Shown here: in pieces, positions 6,237 to 10,622 of the stretch
How the letters are laid out: the number at the start of each line of letters is the position of its first letter
Numbering within the stretch: position 1 is the first letter of the stretch
Assembly: GCA_043804515.1 (NCBI GenBank)
Contig: JAZDIZ010000093.1
Location: forward strand, 1-10,622
Source of the DNA: Pseudomonadota bacterium
GTDB taxonomy: Bacteria > Bdellovibrionota_G > JALEGL01 > DATDPG01
Length of the DNA: 10,622 nucleotides
Direction: 5' to 3'
Position numbers and translations under genes: made by a program
The notes under the pieces: model-generated
What the model was told of the DNA's origin: nothing
The model's database searches: none
The model's input: the letters and a program-made list of their open reading frames with translations, nothing else

Positions 6237-6998
6237 TCAATTCGTCCGGGGCTTGGAGCAAACCACACATGTGGATTTCTTTGAGAGAGCCAGCTCCCGA
6301 AACTCCATCTTCAGCGCGTCATAGATCAGGAGGCGGCCGATCAAGGGTTCGCCAAGACCCAGAAGCAGCTTTACGGTTTCCGTGGCCTGAATCGTTCCGA
6401 TCACGCCGGGGAGAACTCCGAAGATTCCGGCTTGCGCTCCGCCCGGAATGGATTCCGTTTCCGGCGGAACCGGATAGAGACAGCGATAACAGGGACCCCG
6501 CTTCGCATCGAAGACCGAAACCTGCCCCTCGAAACGCAGAACCGCTCCATAGACGCTCGGCTTTCCTAAACGGACGGCGGTGTCGTGCAAGACATACCGA
6601 GCGGGATAGTTGTCCGTGCCGTCCACGATCACATCGTAATTCCGTAAAAGTTCTTCGGCGTTCGCCTGAGTGAGCTTCACGTCGTGCAATTCCAAGCGGA
6701 CACCGGGATTCAACGTGCCGAGGCGTTCCTTCACGGCTTCCGTTTTCGGGTGTCCGATATCCGGTGTCCGGTACAAGATCTGGCGGTGGAGATTGGACTC
6801 ATCCACACGGTCGAACTCCACGATCCCGAGCCGCCCGATACCGGCGGCGGCGAGATAAAGCGCCACGGGAGAGCCGAGCCCTCCCGCGCCGACCAGAAGC
6901 GCCGAGGAATTCCGAAGCTTTTCCTGCGCCTTGGGGCCGAAGCCGTCCAGGATCAAGTGGCGGTCGTATCTGCGCGTTTCCTCCGGGGTCAGAGCCAT
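6237..6998 (-). CDS. moeB: Molybdopterin-synthase adenylyltransferase MoeB (HesA/MoeB/ThiF family), no rhodanese domain
   Basis: RYDRH, P-loop VGAGGLGSP, D.VDESNLHRQ, DGTDN, and two Zn-binding CXXC motifs (GPCYRC, TCVVC). Same operon as moaD and moaE. Confidence 0.9.
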   Translation of the reverse strand: MALTPEETRRYDRHLILDGFGPKAQEKLRNSSALLVGAGGLGSPVALYLAAAGIGRLGIVEFDRVDESNLHRQILYRTPDIGHPKTEAVKERLGTLNPGVRLELHDVKLTQANAEELLRNYDVIVDGTDNYPARYVLHDTAVRLGKPSVYGAVLRFEGQVSVFDAKRGPCYRCLYPVPPETESIPGGAQAGIFGVLPGVIGTIQATETVKLLLGLGEPLIGRLLIYDALKMEFRELALSKKSTCVVCSKPRTN

Positions 6999-7648
6999 TT
7001 TTTTCCCAAAACGGTCTCCAGGTCCCCGGGCGTGTTCATATTTTTCAAGATCCGTTCGTCATTCACAAAAACGCGGGCTACTTGGTCCTGATCGATGGTG
7101 CGGAGTTGACGGTCGAGGCGGGCTTCCGGCGAATCCACCGGGATGTGGAGCAGAGCCAGAAGGAACGTGCGCGCCAACAGAACCGGATGCCCACCCCTCC
7201 CTTTGAACACGGGAAGACACGCCTGAACCGGCCCGGAAAAGGAATTTACCAGCTTTTCCCAGACGTCCTTATCCGCCGCCGGAACATCCACGGGCAAAAT
7301 GAACGCCCCGCGATCCTTTCTTGCCAGGACAATTTCCGCCCCGGAAGTGATGGACGAAAACGGGCCGTATTGCGGCAACGTGTTGACCACAACGGAACGG
7401 AACAAACCGTCCCTCTCGGTCCAGATCCCGGGGGCCGCGGACAGCCAGGAAAGAGCCTGAACATAAGGTTGCATGTCGTAGCCAAGAACCACAACGACGC
7501 GCTTTCCTCCCGCGTCACGGAACCGGTCCAACTGCCGCTCCAGAAAAGGTTTTCCTTTGGCGTCGATCAGCCCCTTGGGTTGCCCCATACGCGACGATTT
7601 TCCGCCGCAAAGAAGAATCAGGGGAAAATCTTGGACGCTATTTCCCAT
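6989..7648 (-). CDS. Molybdenum cofactor nucleotidyltransferase (NTP_transf_3 family, MocA-like)
   Basis: LLCGGKSSRMGQPKGL, N..PQYGPFSSI, LPVDVP, GRGGHPVLL (the GHPV motif is typical of the MocA/YgfJ branch), NMNTPGD. Directly downstream of xdhC with an 11-bp overlap. Confidence 0.82.
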   Translation of the reverse strand: MGNSVQDFPLILLCGGKSSRMGQPKGLIDAKGKPFLERQLDRFRDAGGKRVVVVLGYDMQPYVQALSWLSAAPGIWTERDGLFRSVVVNTLPQYGPFSSITSGAEIVLARKDRGAFILPVDVPAADKDVWEKLVNSFSGPVQACLPVFKGRGGHPVLLARTFLLALLHIPVDSPEARLDRQLRTIDQDQVARVFVNDERILKNMNTPGDLETVLGKKWL

Positions 7649-8405
7649 CGTGGATGGATAAAATCTCCGCAGCGAGGCTGACGGCGATCTCCTGCGGGGA
7701 TTTTCCTTTCACCGATGCCAGGCCGAGAGGGCAATGGACCCGTTCCAGATCTTTTTTCGGAACCCCGTCCGCCGCAAGGTCGCCTTTCATTTTTTCCCAT
7801 TTCGCCCGGCTTCCGATCATGCCGACATATCGGGCCGGCTTCCGGAGCACCTCCTTGAGGATTTTTTGATCCAGCTCGGCTTCGTGCGTGAGGATCGCGA
7901 CATACGTCCATTGACCATCCCAGCGGGCGGCGTTCACGAAAGCGGCCCACGCCTTGTGGTGCCGGATCACTCCGGGGGGAAACCGATCGGCACAGATCCA
8001 TTCCGCCCGCTCGTCGATCACGTGAACGGCGAACGGCGTGTCGGTCAGGACACGGCAGACCGCCTGCCCCACATGCCCGCCCCCGAACACGTAAAGTCCG
8101 GGCCGTCTGTGGAACACTTCCATGAGAAAGCTCATCTGCCCCCCGCACGGCATCTTGAGGTCCTTGCCGAGATCGCAATCCGCCGTCCGCGTGGCGCCGT
8201 CGGTCAGGCACTTTTGCGCCTCGGCGATGACCCAATGTTCGACCGCTCCGCCACCGATCGTTCCGAAGATCGTCCCGTCAGCCAGAACGATCATTTTGGC
8301 TCCCACTTCGCGCGGCGCCGAGCCTCTCGACCCGGTCACGGTCACCAGAACCATGGGGCTTTCCTTGGCTTGGAGCTCCGAAAGTTTTTCAACCCAATTC
8401 CACAT
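7638..8405 (-). CDS. xdhC: Xanthine dehydrogenase accessory protein XdhC (XdhC/CoxI family Moco chaperone)
   Basis: GSAPREVGAKMIV, GTIGGGAVE, MPCGG, FGGGHVG, VIDER, LTHEAELD, YVGMIGSRAK, CPLGL, KSPQEIAVS. GGAGG upstream of ATG 8405 (MWNW...), preferred over the track start at 8429. Confidence 0.92.
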   Translation of the reverse strand: MWNWVEKLSELQAKESPMVLVTVTGSRGSAPREVGAKMIVLADGTIFGTIGGGAVEHWVIAEAQKCLTDGATRTADCDLGKDLKMPCGGQMSFLMEVFHRRPGLYVFGGGHVGQAVCRVLTDTPFAVHVIDERAEWICADRFPPGVIRHHKAWAAFVNAARWDGQWTYVAILTHEAELDQKILKEVLRKPARYVGMIGSRAKWEKMKGDLAADGVPKKDLERVHCPLGLASVKGKSPQEIAVSLAAEILSIHDGK

Positions 8406-8829
8406 CGTGCGTCCCTCCGGTCCATTCACTCTTTCCGTCGCGATAAACCTCTTTTTTCCAGATCGGCGCCCGCCGTTTCAATTCGTTCACGGCGTATGAG
8501 CAAGCCTCAAAAGCCTCCTTCCGATGCGGCGACGAGAAAACCACGACGACCGAAACCTCCCCGGGCTCTATGACTCCGACGCGGTGGACGATCCGGCCGA
8601 TCTTCGCGCCGAATTTCTTCGCGGTCTCGGCGGCGATCTCGTCCAGGACTTTTTCGGCCATGGAAACATACGCTTCGTACTCGAGGCGCACCACCTCCCC
8701 CCGGCGGCCCCCATTGCGCACGGTTCCCACGAAGATCGCGTGGCCGCCGCAAGAAGGTTCGCGGATCGCTTCTTTCAGGCGGTCGAGATCAATGGGGCGA
8801 TCCGTGATCTCGCACGGCTTCATCGACAT
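8389..8829 (-). CDS. moaE: Molybdopterin synthase catalytic subunit MoaE
   Basis: GGHAIFVGTVRN, LEYEAY..MA, HRVG....GE, SSPHRKEAF.A, LKRRAPIWKKE. Start is ATG 8829 (TGATG overlap with the moaD stop) or ATG 8823 (better spacing from GGAGG 8837-8833). Confidence 0.93.
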   Translation of the reverse strand: MSMKPCEITDRPIDLDRLKEAIREPSCGGHAIFVGTVRNGGRRGEVVRLEYEAYVSMAEKVLDEIAAETAKKFGAKIGRIVHRVGVIEPGEVSVVVVFSSPHRKEAFEACSYAVNELKRRAPIWKKEVYRDGKSEWTGGTHDVELG

Positions 8830-9074
8830 CAGCCTCCCGACGGCGGCAGGAGCAGAGCTACCTCGTCCCCGTCCTTGAGCTTCGCATCAAGTCCTGAGAT
8901 TTTTTGGTTCACGGCGACGGCAATCTGCGCTTTGAGCCCCGCAAGAGAAGGAACCTCCGAAAGGATACGGCGAAGAAGGTCTCCGGCGGAGCTTCCGGCC
9001 GGCGCGTCCATCGTCTCTTCGGATTTTCCCCGGGCCTCGCGGCACTGGGCGAAATACAGCACATTTATTCTCAT
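8829..9074 (-). CDS. moaD: Molybdopterin synthase sulfur carrier subunit MoaD
   Basis: 81 aa from ATG 9074: MRINVLYFAQCREARG...AVAVNQ...LKDGDEVALLLPPSGG, with the C-terminal di-glycine. Located between moeA and moaE. Confidence 0.93.
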   Translation of the reverse strand: MRINVLYFAQCREARGKSEETMDAPAGSSAGDLLRRILSEVPSLAGLKAQIAVAVNQKISGLDAKLKDGDEVALLLPPSGG

Positions 9075-9084
9075 CGGCCGGCCC

Positions 9085-10311
9085 CTATCGCGGAAGCGCA
9101 AACACCTCAACTTGCGCTCCCCGGGGTATTTTCGAATCCCCTTCCGGGATCAGGATCAGGATGTCCGCTTCCTTGAGGGACGAGAGAAGATGGGAGGCTT
9201 GCCGCCCCAAAGGCTCGGCCAGACACTCCCCCGAGGTGGAGGAAATGACTCGGCCTTTCAACAACTGAGCCCTCTCGGGAGTTTGCTTCACGTCCGCGGC
9301 CAAATGAAGCTTCACGCGGTGCAGGTCCGGCTCCACCGCACCCATCATCGTGAGAAGCATCGGCCGGACGTACAGAAAGAAACAGACGAACGTCGAGAAA
9401 GGATTTCCGGGAAGCCCCAGGACCACCTTGTCGTCTTTGAAACCGGCATAAAGCGGTTTTCCAGGCTTTTGCCGCACGCCCCAGAAAATCTCCTGCACGC
9501 CTAAAGCGCGCATGGCCTCCCGCGTGTAGTCCGAGTCCCCGATCGAAACGCCCCCGCTGATGAGGACCACGTCCGATTCCTCGAGGGCCGCGTGGGTCTC
9601 CTTGCGCAGCAGCGCGGGATCGTCCCCCATGAGTTTGATCCTGCGGACTTCGCATGCGATCTGGCGCAGGCCCGCCTGCAGAAGAATCGAATTCGCGTCC
9701 AGGATTTTCCCCGGCTCCAGCTTCTTCGGGTCGGACACGAGTTCCCGGCCTGTAACGATAATCGAGACCCGGGCCTTTCTCGCCACCAAGGGCGCCTTCA
9801 CGCCGATCGATGCCAGAAGCCCGGAGACACCCACGGTCACCGTCGTCCCCCTCTTCACGACCTCATCCCCTTCCTGGATGTCCTCGGCTTTACGCCGAAC
9901 GAAGCAACCGATCGGCACGGGTTCGAGGATTTCGATAACCCCCTCCCGTTCACGGGTTTCTTCTTTCGGGATGACGGCATCGGCGCCCTCGGGAATCGGA
10001 GCGCCCGTCATGATTTTGAGCGCGGTGCGGCCGTCCCGAAGCGCCGGAGCCTTCTCGCCGACGGCTGCTGTCCCGACCACTTTCAATTTGACCGGAGATT
10101 CCTTGGTGGCGGGCTTGGTCGTTTCGGACCGGATCGCGAATCCGTCCATCGCGGAATTGTCGAAACGGGGGACACAGATGGACGAGAATTCCGATTCCGA
10201 CACGATCCGGCCGATGGCCTCCGGCAGCATCACGCTCTCCGCGGGCCACGCCTCGCGCCTGGACCGGACCTGCTCGAAAAGAAGACGTCGTGCTTCCTCA
10301 ATGCCGATCAT
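9085..10311 (-). CDS. moeA: Molybdopterin molybdenumtransferase MoeA (gephyrin-like Glp)
   Basis: PRFDNSAMDGFA, IMTGAPIPEGADAVI, TGREL, SGGVSIGDSDY, QKPGKP, GLPGNP, QASHLLSSL. True start ATG 10311 (MIGIEEARRLL) has GGAGG 5 nt upstream and an ATGA overlap with the upstream gene. 408 aa. Confidence 0.95.
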   Translation of the reverse strand: MIGIEEARRLLFEQVRSRREAWPAESVMLPEAIGRIVSESEFSSICVPRFDNSAMDGFAIRSETTKPATKESPVKLKVVGTAAVGEKAPALRDGRTALKIMTGAPIPEGADAVIPKEETREREGVIEILEPVPIGCFVRRKAEDIQEGDEVVKRGTTVTVGVSGLLASIGVKAPLVARKARVSIIVTGRELVSDPKKLEPGKILDANSILLQAGLRQIACEVRRIKLMGDDPALLRKETHAALEESDVVLISGGVSIGDSDYTREAMRALGVQEIFWGVRQKPGKPLYAGFKDDKVVLGLPGNPFSTFVCFFLYVRPMLLTMMGAVEPDLHRVKLHLAADVKQTPERAQLLKGRVISSTSGECLAEPLGRQASHLLSSLKEADILILIPEGDSKIPRGAQVEVFALPR

Positions 10312-10622
10312 AGAAACCTCCAGATGATTCCTCCAGCGACCCAAAGAACGAGAAGCGCGGTTATTCGTCTCAAAACCGCTCCCGAAAGGCGCCCAACGCT
10401 CAACCGCGCACCTATCTGTCCCCCCAAAAGAACGGCGGCGCACAACGGCAGCATCAGCGACATGTCGTACGAAAAGTTCATCTTGTGGAATTGGCCCGCC
10501 AAGCCGCTCAGGGAGTTCGCGAAGATGAAAAAGCTGGCCATCGCCGCGATCTGGCGCGGGGTTCCCCACTTCAGGAGATAAAGAAGCGGCGCCAGGAAAA
10601 TCCCGCCTCCGATCCCAACGAG
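10308..10622 (-). CDS. Sulfite exporter TauE/SafE (TSUP) family membrane protein, 5'-truncated by window edge
   Basis: Frame is open to the window edge and reads LVGIGGGIFLAPLLYLLKWGTPRQIAAMASFFIFANSLSGLAG...AAVLLGGQIGARL...LRRITALLV. G.GGG....P and GGQIGAR are TauE/SafE hallmarks. Stop TGA overlaps the moeA ATG. Confidence 0.85.
   Translation of the reverse strand, partial: LVGIGGGIFLAPLLYLLKWGTPRQIAAMASFFIFANSLSGLAGQFHKMNFSYDMSLMLPLCAAVLLGGQIGARLSVGRLSGAVLRRITALLVLWVAGGIIWRFL

Noticed and set aside
6438..6440. MoeB Gly187 codon GGA is one base from TGA (possible selenocysteine relic)
   Set aside because: There is no in-frame TGA and no SECIS evidence, so the idea is unsupported.
9736..9756. 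MoeA TGREL instead of the usual TGDEL
   Set aside because: The conserved Glu and the other catalytic motifs are retained, so this is probably tolerated variation.
10312..10569. 86-aa N-terminal extension of MoeA in the ORF track (494 aa)
   Set aside because: It is an off-frame reading of the TauE/SafE gene. MoeA similarity begins at ATG 10311, which has GGAGG and an ATGA overlap.
6764..10581. Long plus-strand ORFs antisense to the Moco operon (6764-7681, 7734-8573, 8524-9504, 9560-10327, 9592-10581)
   Set aside because: They lie fully opposite well-supported genes and have no recognisable domains.

Overview
GC-rich bacterial window with three parts. (1) Left, 2-1826: the 3' end of a TMTC-like membrane protein with three TPR repeats, converging on a Zn-dependent NAD(P)-alcohol dehydrogenase of the cinnamyl-ADH/YahK type. 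(2) Middle, 2036-6200: three predicted lipoproteins with no recognisable catalytic domain. These are a small Cys-rich orphan, a 600-aa Ig-like + GLUG-repeat protein and a 538-aa five-FN3 protein. The two large genes are divergent. Their 353-bp intergenic region has a near mirror-image layout: each gene has a sigma-54 -24/-12 motif preceded by an IHF-consensus site, with several palindromes between them. The leftward promoter predicts a leaderless or almost leaderless mRNA. (3) Right, 6237-10622, minus strand: the distal end of a tightly overlapping molybdenum-cofactor operon, TauE/SafE(partial)-moeA-moaD-moaE-xdhC-mocA-like-moeB. Its composition points to maturation of a xanthine-oxidase-family enzyme. 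The nucleotidyltransferase has a MobA/MocA-hybrid specificity signature and the MoeB lacks the usual loop Cys. I found no RNA genes, CRISPR arrays or mobile elements. All family calls are by motif recognition; no database search was run.
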